Shown in pieces: positions 13,851 through 26,901 of a stretch of 64,000 bases of DNA. The notes beneath the pieces are model-generated. The model was not told where the DNA came from. It ran no database searches and saw only the letters and a program-made list of their open reading frames with translations. Source of the stretch: Cenococcum geophilum (taxonomy: Eukaryota). A program made the translations under genes and the position numbers. Location: assembly GCA_050273025.1 (NCBI GenBank), contig CP158636.1, forward strand, positions 6,696,001-6,760,000. Direction: 5' to 3'. Every line of letters starts with the position of its first letter. Position 1 is the stretch's first letter.

Positions 13851-14919
13851 ATACTTTTTACTATTTACTAAGATTATAGTTATAGGTATTTATCGGCCAG
13901 GATCCGGGCAGTAACTCTTAGCAGTAATTTTACTACCTAAATCTCTTATAGATCAATCAATTGGCGTAGAGCCGTTATATCGTAGTAAAGCCATATCTAA
14001 GCAATCTATATCGTAATCCTTAGCATAGTATTGCACGTAGAAATATTCAATCGTTAGATTTAGGAAGGTATTTATATTTTAATCAAATTCATAAGACTAT
14101 AACTAAGGGCCTTTACAGCGCAGTGGCATGGTAAGTTCTACAATCGCTTTAGTTTAGGGTTGCTTAGTTACTATAGGAAAGTTGTAATACTTAGCGTGGT
14201 GTTAAACTTAAGGTGCCTTGCTACTGTAGTGGCAGAGATATAGTAGATTAACTGCTTACTAAAATATAGCGCCCCCGTTACTGTAGTAGCCACTACAGTA
14301 ACAGAGATACCCTATATTTATAAATTTAGATTCTATATACGGTATAGCTTACAAATTTAACGCGCTTACCGATTTAGAGGAGCTTTCAAATTAGAAAGTC
14401 GCTAGATTAACCGAACGATCGCGTCAGAATCAGATTTAAGCTTTAGCTCGGATATATTCTATAGCCTTTAGATTCAATCTAAAGTCACAACTAAACGTTC
14501 CCTAAGATTCAATACAGGGATCTCTCCCTAAGGATCTAGTTTAATCGTAAGGTTTAGGAAGGGGTTATAATTTAGTTAAATTTATAAGATTACATTCTAA
14601 AGTCCTCATGGCGTAGTAGTATAGTACGTTCTACCTCTTACTATAATTTAGAGCTAGCCTAACATAATTAAAACTCAACGTAGAAGAGCTGATATGCTTA
14701 GTATATAGTGCTAAGATTTCGTTAAATATATAACTTTGGGCGTTATGGGACACGTATAAAAATACGAGCTTAATTTAGAGCCTTACTAACGCCTAATTTA
14801 ATAGAAAACGACCTTCTTTTTTAATATTTTTAATATTTTTAATACGCGATAAGTAGGAATTAAACCCGCCACGCCTAGGAGTTAAATACACAACATCCAA
14901 TTACTTAATCTGGCTAGGA

Positions 14920-15150
14920 GGCTCGGCGGCAATACAATAGGGCTTAATAATATAATAAGGCTTGACGGCGATATAATAAGACTCGGCAATATAATAAGAC
15001 TTAACAATATAATAAGGCTTGGCAACGTAATGAGGCTTAGCGACGTAATAAGACTTAACAATATAATAAGGCTCGGCAACGTAATAAGGCTCAGCGGCAA
15101 TGTAATAAAACTCAACAATATAATAAGTCTTAGTAATGTAATAAGGCTTA
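14920..15150. repeat. 18-bp tandem repeat (aataaggctcggcaacgt-like)
   Basis: About 12 degenerate copies. Confidence 0.85.
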
Positions 15151-16284
15151 GGGCCGGGCAATAAGGGGAAGATTTAAGGTTACTTAGTTACTAATACCTA
15201 ACAGCGAAATCCAACAGTATAGTACTGCTATTAAGGTATTTTAATGCGGGTAGGTTATATAAAGGTTTTGTCCGTAATATGTCTAACATATCCCAAAAGT
15301 CTGCCTTTTGCTTATCTTTAAGGTCAAATTTCTAGCCTATAATAAATTAAATATTATAGTCAGTAAGAGCACGACAAATAACAGTATATTTTGCCCTGTT
15401 ATTTTTAGAACCGTTAAACACAAAGTAGTAGGTAGTCCATTAACTTATATCTATTAGTGCCGGCTAATAAAGTGCCTTTAAAACGTACCAATATCAATAA
15501 TAGCCCTTTTATTTTATAGCATAACAAGCTTAATAGCAACGGGGTTTCGGTCCTTATAATTAAGCATATTTATCTAGCGGAGCTAGGTTTACCAATTATT
15601 CCAGTCAGCATTATATTATAGGTTAATTTAATATCTTACACCAATGGAAAAAGGTAGAAGGCAGATTAAATAAAATAATCAGGGTACGCTTTTCTTCGCC
15701 GTTAGGGATTTTATATAGACGTCATATAGCGTACAGGTAGGAGCTGGTAGTCATTAAGACGTCGTGGGCAGTAGTAAAAGTTTTATATAGGATAGTAAGA
15801 TCTTAAAAACCACTACTAATGGTTCCCCCTCATAGCAGACAACTACGTATATACGCTATAACTATACAATCGGCAGACGAAAGCGGTAGTTATAAACGTT
15901 AGTTTATCTATTCTAATGCCGTCTTACTTTTTATAACAATTTAAGATATAAAGGGAGCTTTAGTTACGGGATAATCCTCTTACATACTAATTAGGCTTTT
16001 GGAATAATAAAGATGGTATATATATATAGTCTATCAGTAGAGAAAATATACCTTAATAGGAATTATTAATATATATTAGGAACGAGAGTTGGTAGGGTTA
16101 TAGGCTAGATTACTTAATAGGTGTTAAGGTAGTTAGTGGCCGGAGTAATATTAATCTAAATAAAATTTAAACTTTTTAAGGTTTAGTTAGTTATAAGGTA
16201 GTTAACACTAAGATAATATATTACAAAATATTAAACAGTTGTATATTGTCTATATATATATACATTATACTAAAACATACTCTT

Positions 16285-19200
16285 ATTACAGGGGGTTACT
16301 GCTCCAACTGCACTAGCTACGCTATTTCCATTATATTATCATCAGCCTACTAAGTAGGTTGGGCTTTAAACACTTCGTAGAACTTATTAATCGTTATCCT
16401 TTTAGTTATTATACGCCTTACTAATATAACCATATTAATCGGGTTCCACTTATCCGTACTATACATTATTAACACAGTAACTACTAGCGCTGGCTATCTA
16501 GATCTAGCAGCTCGGCCGAATACTTGCACCTCTATATCTACCATTATCGCCAGTTTAAGTAGATAAACTCTATGCATAGAAACCAAATTTAAACCCTCTC
16601 CTTTAACTCTTCGGTTAATAATAAAAAACTAAACCACGTTATTTTAGTAAAAACCGCCTATTAGAATACGAAACGCTTTATAAATATTCTTCTAGTCTTT
16701 TAGGGATATCCTAAACTCTATCTAGTAAACAGTTAAATATTTAAACTGGCCGAGCCTTTTATAGAAATACTATATTATATTATTAGTAACAGTTTACTAC
16801 TAGTCTAATAGCTAACTTATAAGGCGTAATAGCGTATATACCGCTAGTTCGTAACTGCTAAACAGTAGTCTCTTATTAGGATTCCTTTTAAGTACTTTAT
16901 TAACATATTTTATAATTCCATTTAGTTTCCCAGAGTTAATAATCGTGCTTTAATTCTTCTAAAGTAGATTCTTATCCGAAGGTTCATCCCATTTTTCGCT
17001 ACGGAACTTATTAACTATCTACCTCGGCTTTATTCCAACTTTTATCTCATCCTTTTACCACGCATCCTACCACTTATCTCCTACCTTAGCTAGGCCTAGA
17101 AAGATAGCAAAAATTTTTAATAAGCGACCGGCTCCCTCTAGAAATTAATCCATATTAAAAACGGGTTCTTCTCCTTTTCTTCCTTTAGCTTTCCAGTATC
17201 TAAAAGCTTTATTTAGCTGTTTAAAAGCTTCTAAGGATACTTTACGCCAGAGCTTCTTAATATACGGTTTAAATATTAAATCGTTCGTTACATAGCAGTC
17301 TTAGTAAACGACCAGTGGTAGCTCATTAATTACCCTCCTATTAAACCATCGGTCTTCCCCTATCCTACGCATAATTAAAACCTTTACAATTAAAGAGGAG
17401 CATTTTTTAAAGCCTATAATAACCTTATTTGGAAGAAAAGAGTAATTAGCTACTCCTAGCTTTTCATATTTAATTAACGCTTTAACATTGCAATTATTAA
17501 TTAATTTTGTATTTGGGGAATCCGTCCAATTAGGGGCCCTAAAAATTTCCAAGGCGGGAATTAGACTCGTAAAACCTTCGCTAGTTAGCGTACCAGAAGT
17601 AAACACTACTAAAGGTCAAGAGGTATAGTAGGTTATTTTACTATTACCGTCCTTATAAGACCGGCCCGGGCGTTAGAAGCAAGGAAATACTGCTTAATCA
17701 TTATACACTTATTTGGCAATTTTTATTAGATAACCTATCTCTAACCTGTCTATATAGAACTTATTAGTAAAAATCCCACTAATAATATAATAAGGACCAC
17801 CGTCTCTATAGAAATTAAAAATGGTTTTATACTATTCCTAAGCGGTCTAGGTTATTGCCTAAATTTATAAGGTCGTAATTATAAGATATAAAGCCAATCT
17901 TGGGTCCATTTTCCACCAAACCACTTCGCCTTCTCCTTTATATTTTATAGGTTCAAGAATATCCCTATCTTTATCTATAAAATTATACTTCTTTATACTA
18001 GACCTAATAAAAGCCATATAGCGCACGCGGACTTATAGTTTACCTCCAAAAATAAAATTATTTAGTTCTAAGGTCTTAAACCATAATTTAACGTCTTTAA
18101 CCGCTTAGGGCAGTAGATTCTATCTAGTAATATATATAGTTGGTCCTACTAGCCGGTTAAGAAATTTTCTAGCAATACTTCCCTTAATATAACAGCACTG
18201 TAGCATACCATCTATTTAACTTAGGCATTAGGCGTTAGGCAGCTGCGGGTGTTTATCTATACTAGGGGTAAGGTAAAGACTTTCATCTCTACCTTTTTAA
18301 TTTTTCCAATTAAGCCAGTCGAGGTTAATCTTGGTTATTAACACGCCGGTATACTAAATTAAAAGCATTTAAAGTATCTTACCTAAACCCATTATATCCG
18401 CAAGAAAGGTCCTACCTAGGGTTATATAATTAAGAAGAGTATAGGTAACACTAAGCAGCTAATATATCCACATAGCTTTACCCTTTTTTATACCATATAA
18501 GTAAAAGGTTACGTTTTAAAGAGTATTACAAATAGTTAATAGAAATAAGAGGAACTATAGCGCCTTTACCTATAATATTAGGTTAATATATACTTCTCGC
18601 ACGTCCTCTAGGTAATCAACTTCCTAATTAACCTCCTTAATTTTATCCTTATACTCATCTTTTAGTTCCTTATTAGTCAAAATAGGGTTAATTAAGGCGT
18701 TAAAGTAGCGGCGCTCCTATATGCGGTTAAAATTAATTTCCCCAATATAAATTAGGTTAGGGTTATTATTTATATCCTTAAATAATATATCAATAAACAT
18801 TTCGCGATTAGACTTTAGCCATTTATCACACTATCCTTTTATTTCATCCCATGGCATTATCTTAAATATTTACACTTTATTTAGATCTACGCCTTTTAAG
18901 AGCTCCAATTCATCTAGTAGGGGCTAGTCTTTACTACTATAGGTCCAGCTATAAGCAGTTTTAATTATAGCCAGCTGTATAGCTAATAATATATTAGTAG
19001 GTATAGATGGCGTGGACTTTAGGGTTAACGTAGGCTTTGGATTTAACTGCTTAGGTATAGGTAGCGTAGACTCTAGGGTTAACTGCTTATAACTACTTCA
19101 ACCCAGGGCAGGTATATCTATTCTTCTCCTAGTCAGCACTAGTCGTACAATATTAGGGTCAGAGTTAGACTTAAAATCACCCTCATTAAATCTTATGCCT

Positions 19201-20140
19201 GTAAACGTACGTTAGACAACTCTATACAATATTATACAATTTTATAAATTATAAAGTCTTTTACACTTTATAATCTAATTAGGATCTTTAACTCCAATCA
19301 TAATTATATTAAGTCCGGCCTTCTTTATAGAAAGCACTATAAATGCCAGGTTTATATAGTTAAGAATTAGTATACTAGTAGTCAGATCTACTATAGTCTA
19401 GCTATCCCTATATTTATCCGCCAAGAAGTTTTTACTTATCGCGGCCTACAGCTTATTATATCCACAGTAATATACATTAATTTTCTCTGGAGAATCGGAC
19501 AATAGATACTTATACTTAGTTTTTAATGCAAATCTATATAGAATAGGGGCCCTAGTAAATAGCGTTTTATCTAGGTAACTGTACACAGCAAAGCTCATTT
19601 TATAGAATGGTATAGGTGTGGTATTTAGCTATTATAGGGCTTTAATAGACAGATTACTAAGCACCTAGAGAGCCTCGGAGGTTGCCCTTAATCTAAATAA
19701 GTTAACAAACTGCTCTCTAGAAGATAAGGCGCCACGCTTTTAAATAGCATTAGTTATCGTAACCTCTACACCTCTACGTCTATTAGTCGTTATATATCGC
19801 TATATAGATTTTTTGGCGGCAATAGCAAAAGCTTTAAACTCTAATAGCAGATCGGATCTCTTAAATATATACCCATACTTAGTGTCAAGAAGGTTAAAGA
19901 CTATACGCTTAACTCTATTTTGCACGGGTCCAGACATTAGCAACCTACCGCTAGACGCTTTATTAATTTCACTAGCACAGTATTAGAGGATTTCGCTATA
20001 TGTTTTTTCGTTAATTATAAGTCCTTACTACAGCTTTGGACCACTTATTTACGATAAGTTCTTATTAGTCGTAGTAGTTAAGTACTAACTAGATTCTGGA
20101 TATAGCGCCGCTATTATAGTTAGGGACCCTATATATTTAT
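16285..20140 (-). pseudogene. SNF2/SWI2-family helicase-like ATPase, RIP-inactivated cargo
   Basis: Minus strand: GRTFLADIMGLGK at ~18380-18416 (motif I); FTSGTL at ~17600; GEGLNL at ~16585-16601; EVQVFGRAARS at ~16500-16533 (motif VI). N-terminal boundary approximate. Confidence 0.85.
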
Positions 20141-20544
20141 AAGTGGGTAAAAGCTTAATATAGAATAGTATAGAGTAACTTATAAAGACAGTAGAGCGGA
20201 TAATATATTAAATAATTAGCAATAATATAATAAGATAATCCTAACAGTTATAATAAGAAGGTGTGCTAATAGTATTAACTTAAAACAATAGTAGATACTA
20301 ATAAGAGTAATCTAAGAGTAATATAAGAAATAGAACGGAATGCGAGTCTTAATGTGAGAAGTAGGATAAGATATAAGCTTTAATGTGGGCAGTAAAATAA
20401 AATGTAAGACTTAGAGTAAGAAACGGAACAAAAGGTACGTAGCAAGACAAGATATAAGATTTGCGCTGCTAACTAAGTAAATAACAATAAGAGAGCTAAT
20501 AATTCTATTCTTTATATTATAACTAGTTAGTAAAGTAGCTCTAG

Positions 20545-20890
20545 AGAGGTAGGGAAACAAGTTTAAGACAATCTAAGATATTAAAAAATGTCTAAGATTG
20601 TACAAAAAAGTAAAATACAATATGGCATTTTATTCCGCAAGTATAAGGTAAGGCAAAATGCATAGCAGAAAGAGGTAGGGGAATAATCTAAGACATTATA
20701 AAAGGTCTAAGATTGTACAAAAAAAAGTAAAATACAATATAGTATTTTATCCCACAAGCGTAAGATAAGGTAAAGTACATAGTAGAGAGAAATAGGGGGA
20801 TAATCTAAAACATTATAAAAAGTCTAAGATTGTACGAAATAAAGTAAAATATAATATAGTATTTTATCCTACAAGTGTAAGATAAGGCTT
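20545..20890. repeat. Three ~120-bp direct repeats between the divergent SNF2 and plus-strand genes
   Basis: Core gtctaagattgtacaaaaaa-gtaaaatacaatat recurs at ~20590, ~20705 and ~20822. Confidence 0.88.
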
Positions 20891-21389
20891 TAGGATACCC
20901 TTTCACCTAAAATATAACCTATTTTTAAGCTATATTACTAATAAAGCAACTTTTTTTTAGGTAAGCTGTTACGTCTACTACATAGGCAACCTAAAACTAG
21001 TATCCTAGATCCCACTCATAGCTACTACGCCTCATATCAAAGATATTCGCTAGACTTATTTATATATAGGTCCTGTAGTCCGAATTATATATTAAGCTAT
21101 CTATAACACAGCTATTATTACTCTAGCCCTATAATACCGTACTCTTATTTATACGCCTTTTTCTTCTATTTCCTACCATTATCCGCTTAATCTTTTAAAC
21201 TTCCATAGCCGCCTAAACCAACACCACAGCCTCTTTATCTTCAAAAACACAACTACGTCAAGCTTAGCTCAGCCTCAATTTCTCTTCAAAAACACGGCTA
21301 CGTCAAGCTTGCCTCGGCCTTAATTTCTCCAAATATACACTGCCTAGAAATATATCCCGCCTTACACAACTACTATAAGCTCTACCTAT

Positions 21390-22210
21390 AATATAGCGTC
21401 TAGTACCCTAGCGCAGAGCGGGCTCTCTTAAAAGCCGCATTATAATGCCTTCTAGAGACCAGACACCTAAAGCTTCTTTAGCCGCTATAAATAAGGGAGA
21501 TACCAATATATAGATCAACGGTGGCATACCGGGTGGAGATAGCCCTAATCTTCGCGAGCTAGGGTAGGATATTAAGGTCAAGCTAGCCAATCTACAGACT
21601 AACCCAAATAACCCGTTCTTTTCTACTAAATTATTTAAAGAGCTCTAACTATATTTTAGCTTTCCGCACCCTAGTAGTATATAGGCTCATACTAATATAT
21701 CTATTTAACAGAAAACCGGAGGTATTAAAAGGAATTCTAGAAATGAACTTTCGAAAGCCGTTAAAGACAAGTAGTTAGCCTATAAGACACGGGCTTTCTA
21801 TTTAGTTACTTTACGGGCTTTAAATCATCTATATTATTGCCAATACCCATTATCTAGCCTAACCCTTTAGCGTTACCCTAATAACAAATATAAGACTTCC
21901 GGGCGGCAGCTTAAGTTAGACATTAGTTAGAACTCTATATACCTAAGACCGGATATTATAGTTCTAAGTACTAACTTATTTAGTTATCTTAACTTAACTA
22001 GCACTACCCTTAATCCTCCCTTTTTTCTTACTACGGCTTATATAGAAACAACGGAATTATAGGTCTAGATAGCTAACATCGTCGGGCTCTATAACATTAG
22101 TGGTAAATAATATCTTCGCCGTAGCTATAGTCCTATAGCCATCGCCTAAGAATACTATATATTATTATTTAGACGGATAAAGGTTTTTTAGGTACTATTA
22201 AGTCTTTAGT
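21390..22210 (+). pseudogene. Unknown RIP-damaged reading frame upstream of the transposase
   Basis: Long plus-strand frame broken mainly by TAG/TAA at probable Gln codons (MPSRDQTPKASLAAINKGDTN...GGDSPNLRELG). Confidence 0.4.
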
Positions 22211-22469
22211 TTACAGTTCGGCTGCTTTAGACTCTTTTAAGTCCTTAAACTTAGTATTAAGCTCGGTGTTAAGCTAGTCACACTTACACTTTAGTATCTA
22301 GTTTGGTTGCCTTAGACTCTTAAGTCCTTAAACTCGGTGTCAAGCTAGTTATACTTATGCTTTAGCATAACTAGTTCTAGCAAGAAAATAAGAGGTATAC
22401 TCTTAGCAGCTATAAAGCCAAGCCACTTAGATTAAATACCAGTAATTAACCGTTAGTACTATAATACGC

Positions 22470-25400
22470 ACTCTTTACGCCTAGAAATAATACCACATTG
22501 TTTAATATATAATTAGCGACAATACAGCGAAGCTATCTATGGTGTTCTTATACCCCTAAAAGTTATAGCGGCCTTTACTAACACCTACGGTACTATAAAA
22601 GGCGGCTACCTAGCCACTAACACGTCTATAAAAAAACACGCGAAGAGAGATACAACACTCGCACGTTTATTGCGGCCCAACTACTTACAATTTGCGATTA
22701 ATTCCACCACTCTAACTAGTTAGATAACGCGTAATTATAACTAGATAGTATAAACACGGATACTAACAAGTACGCTTTAGTGGCGGTAGAATATAAGCAG
22801 AATACCCACCCGGTGCCTCTATGTAGTATACTACATCAGAAAAGCGTCCTATTGTCATTATTATTACTTAAAGTAGAGACATTTAAAGCAACTAAGAATA
22901 TAAAGGCAGGTAAACCAATTTCGTATAAGACCGATAATAATGTATAGTAAGTTAACTAGACAATTTTAGATATTACCATATAATAACACGACAATAGCCA
23001 AAGTATACCATATAATCCTTTTTATTTAGAGTTTAATTACACCTTTTTAATATAGCTGCACTACATTCGCTACATAAAGGGAGACGTTAACACACTGCTT
23101 AAAGACACCCGCCTTAGCCCACTTTATAGCCTACTTAGCTTCCAATCTACAAATTAATAGGAGGAACTAATTACCGCTATTTTATTTAGCATATAAAACG
23201 AACAATAGCTCCAATTAGAGTGTAAAGTAGAATTAAATATTAAAGGCTCTAAGCAGAGGAAATACTATATTCTTTACTAGGATATTATAAATATAATTAC
23301 CTTTCTAATTGGCTATTAACCCTTTAAAGATGCACTAGCATATACACCAAAGAAACTCTATAATGCTAATAACCACCAAGTCTATAATAAGCTATACAGT
23401 AGTAACTAGTAGTAGGAGACATAAGGCAAGGTTCCTAGCGGTGCTATAGTAGTTCCTATACTTATAGCAGTTAATAAAACCCAGCTAACAATACACCATA
23501 GCAACAAATCGGCCTAGCCGGTATATTTTACCATTAGTAATCTTAACCAACAAGTTCAACGCCAATAGATATCCCCCGCAAATATTCTTATCGGTTTTAT
23601 GCCAGTTATTAAAGAAAAGGATAATAATATAAAAAGTAAAGCATATTATAAGGCGATAAAAACTATACTTAAACATAAGTCCTGCTTTAGTATTCTAACG
23701 CTATATTCTATAAACTAAAACATAATAGTAATTAAGCATCTTATAGAAAGCGGCATAAACCTTTAATATACAGATAATTTTATACGACGATGTTATCCAA
23801 TTATATATGGAATAATGGCAGACTATAAAGAACAAGTGCTGCTCATAGGTATCAAAAGCCAACAGCACTGCACTATATACTAGGTCCCCCCTTTAAAGCG
23901 TAAGAACTTAACTAAGAAACAATACCTGCTACGCACCTATAAGGAGACAAGAAGACAGATTAAACGCCAGCAACTAGAGAACATTCTTCCATCCTTAGAC
24001 AACTAGGTACACCCAGTAGAATATTTCACATGGCACTATCGCCTATTTAACATCCATAAGGGCATAATAGTAGATATTCTATATCAGCTTCTAAAGGGTA
24101 TTATCATACGACTTATTAAATAGGTACGGAAACTAGTAAGCGATGTCGTCCAGCCAAAAAAAAAGAGAAGAGGGACAAAGATAACCACAACAAATATATC
24201 TACGGAGGCTTAGCTTAATTAGCATTTTAGATAAATCCCAGCTTTTACGGGGCTAAAACGGTTTAATAATCTATCATTTAGTAAAATTACTTAATAAACA
24301 GGTAATAAACAAAAAGCCATGGTTCGTCAACTTGTCGCTATGCTAGCCCCACTACTATCGTCTAGGGAACTATATGCTATACATTTTACAAGAGCCGTAT
24401 ACAACTTCGTTATTATAGCTTAGTATCACACCTATAATAAGGAGACACTACAATATATGCACCACGCCCTATATCAAATTAATATGCTTAAAGGCGTATT
24501 TCAAAGTTTCCGTCCAAAGGCAAAGGATTCTAATACGGGCCATTTTAATATACTAAAATTCCATGCCCTCGTACATTTTAAGGAAAATATCCGCCTATAC
24601 GGATGCGCAAATGGGTACTACACTAGCGTAAATAGCGAAGCTGGACACCATTACATTATTAAGGCGTTTTATAACTTAACAAATAAACGGGATTCGCTAT
24701 CTTAAATCTGCTCTTACAATTTAAGACAGGTAGCAGTACTAGCAATAAAAGACAAAATAGCTTTTATAAATAGTAATTCTATACTATAGTCTTCCCAGCG
24801 TTTAGAGGTACAGATTACTTAACTAATATAGCATTTAGCAGTTATAAAGCTTTAGTAGCCTTTAGAAGATATAGATAGGGCAACAGATCTTGTCTAGAGG
24901 CGTCTTAGGTTAAAGACATAGCTTCATATATCTTATATAGCAAACTACTGCGAAATCCTAGGGTTTCTAGATGGCATTATAGTATTTATCCAAGAGTGCA
25001 GGCGAAAACTACAAGGCGAACGTGCCTAGAACTCCAATATGGACCAGAAAGAGAAGGATCCTTTATAGGTTAAGCGCCTGCTTATTAAAATACATCCATC
25101 TATCCGCTATTAAAAACGAGACGGAAAAAATGCAACCGACCTTAAGGCCCAAATTAGTAAGGTAGTACGTTACACACTAGATTAGCAATATTCTAACTAG
25201 TAGAGGCGTAATTACGTATAGGTCTAAGAGTATATGGATAATAACAACCGTATTAGAAAGGGCCGCACACCGTTAGGTAGAAGACTTATAGGCCAGCTTT
25301 AGCTAATTATTACTATTCTAGATATTAAAAGGTTAGATAAATACGGTGTATATATACAGTATACTAAAGCTATAGTAGAGCTGCTTTAGCCATTAAATTA

Positions 25401-25690
25401 TAGACTGCCGCATCCAACACATAGCATGGTTAAGGTGAAAAGGTAGCCGCGCTCGAGCGTAAATACTAGGCAAGTACTTAGAGGTGGTTGCTTTTATTCA
25501 ATGCTATCTATTCTACAAAGCGCGCATATTATTCCAGCCGCTACTTCTTATCCAGATTTATACTATATCAATAATTATATTAATTGGGACTAATACAATA
25601 CTCTATACTCGGACAACTTTCTTAAAGAAGGAACCCGTATCGCGTTATTATATAGAAGCCAGGACAAATAACAAAAGCAGCTAAGCTAGC
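22470..25690 (+). pseudogene. Plavaka-type transposase, RIP-inactivated
   Basis: RIP-reverted motifs: VY(D)EL(H)S(GDWWW)ET(Q)..VPSGA.VVP.L.AV(D)KTQL ~23380-23485; SA(W)PVY.TI(G)NL; MADY(E)EQVLL ~23815; VDIL(H)QLLKG ~24070; FNILKFHALVHFKENIRLYG..NGY.T..SEAGH open in the 24457-24705 ORF. Start approximate; intron near 23678-23727. Confidence 0.9.
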
Positions 25691-25829
25691 ATAGAACCTA
25701 TATAAGACTATATAGGACTATATAAGATTATATAAGATTATATAAAATTATATAAGATTATATAAAATTATTTTAATCCTAATATATATTATAAGCTAGC
25801 ATACTACAGGCTAAGAAAATAGTAAAAAT

Positions 25830-26200
25830 TCATTTACGCAATTGGCATATAACTTTAAAATAATATATTATATTACCTCAATTGCATATTAAAGAATGTA
25901 TAGTTGGCTTTTAAAGTTATTAAGTTAGTCAACTACGTGTTATTTAAATTTTAAGTTGGTCAATTACATATTAAGGAATATACAGTTAGCTTTTAAAGTT
26001 GTTAAGTAGGTCAACTGCGTATTATTTAACTTTTAAATATATCAAGTTAGTTAATTGCGTATTAAGTTAATTAAGTTGCATATCAAGTTGGTTAATTATG
26101 TATTAAGTTAGTTAAGTTGCATATCAAGTTAGTCAATTACGTGTCAAGTTGGTCAATTGCGTGTCAAGTTAGTCAAATTGCATGTCAATTACGCGAAACG
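25830..26200. repeat. Subterminal repeat array of the 20-kb transposon
   Basis: Many copies of tcaagttrgtcaattgcgtr; related motif in inverted orientation at the left end (ttgacgcaattgg, ~6173-6185). Confidence 0.85.
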
Positions 26201-26251
26201 CGAAAAACAAAGTCTACTTAAATCTCATCCTGCGAATATTTTCCTAATGTA

Positions 26252-26667
26252 GCTACTATATAAATTTTTTAAAAGTTAATAACTAAGTAAGAAGTTAGAC
26301 TATGTTAGACTAGGACCTTTTAAAATTACGTAAAGAAATTTTACTAGTTATATTTAAGTTAAACCTACTAGCTAAAATAAAGATCTACCTTATATAGTAC
26401 ATTGTAATACTAGAGCCAGTATATAGGAATATTAAGCCACTAGTTTATAAAGTAGACATATATAGAGGACAGGAAGAAGATAAATAGTAAGTTTTAAAGA
26501 TTATTAGTTATAAGGACATTAACAATAAAATATAGTATAAGGTTAAGTAGATAGGCTATAATAAAACTACCTAGGAGCTACTAGAAAATTTAAAGAACGC
26601 TATAAGAAAGGTATAGGAGTATTAGAAGAAATTAGGTTAGGCAGTATTAATAAAAAAGGATCGCTAA
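26252..26667 (+). pseudogene. pol: 3' end of Gypsy A1 pol (integrase C-terminus and chromodomain)
   Basis: KKLD(H)VRLGPF, then YKVK(W).GY.ETT(W)E(P)LENL; colinear with 32455-32871. Confidence 0.9.
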
Positions 26668-26901
26668 AGAATAAGTCACCTAAGGGGGACCTAAGAAGAG
26701 CAGTTGCCGAACTACTTAGATCTATTTTCTTCTCTATTAGGGGAGAATCCGTTCTTTTATCGCCAAGTTCCTATAAACCTTATTCTATAAGTTTCTACTC
26801 CTTAGAATAAACCTTTTTACGTACCTTCTTAAGATAAAGCAACTGAGTAGATGCCGCGATATGAGTATTTAGGGCCTTCTATTCCGCATTATAAGAACGT
26901 T

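Larger units (their letters stand above)
6127..26249 (+). mobile_element. 20.1-kb TIR DNA transposon encoding a Plavaka-type (CACTA/EnSpm-related) transposase plus cargo
   Basis: Left end cattggcaaaatat (6127-6140); reverse complement of right end cattaggaaaatat (26236-26249); 12/14 match. Flanked by ta (6125-6126, 26250-26251). Removing it restores ggagataaagtatagctactata, as in the uninterrupted copy at ~32441-32463. Confidence 0.92.

Noticed and set aside
13336..13914. Overlapping Tyr/His/Ile-rich ORFs
   Set aside because: Translations of a degenerate minisatellite.
14882..15161. Two short minus-strand ORFs
   Set aside because: Derived from an 18-bp repeat; could be part of a larger dead gene but cannot be supported alone.
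6127..26249. Starship assignment
   Set aside because: No tyrosine-recombinase gene at the start; TIRs and a 2-bp duplication point to a DDE element.
6125..26251. Tc1/mariner assignment from the TA duplication
   Set aside because: The TA is probably RIP-converted TG, the transposase is Plavaka-type, and the sister element duplicates AT.
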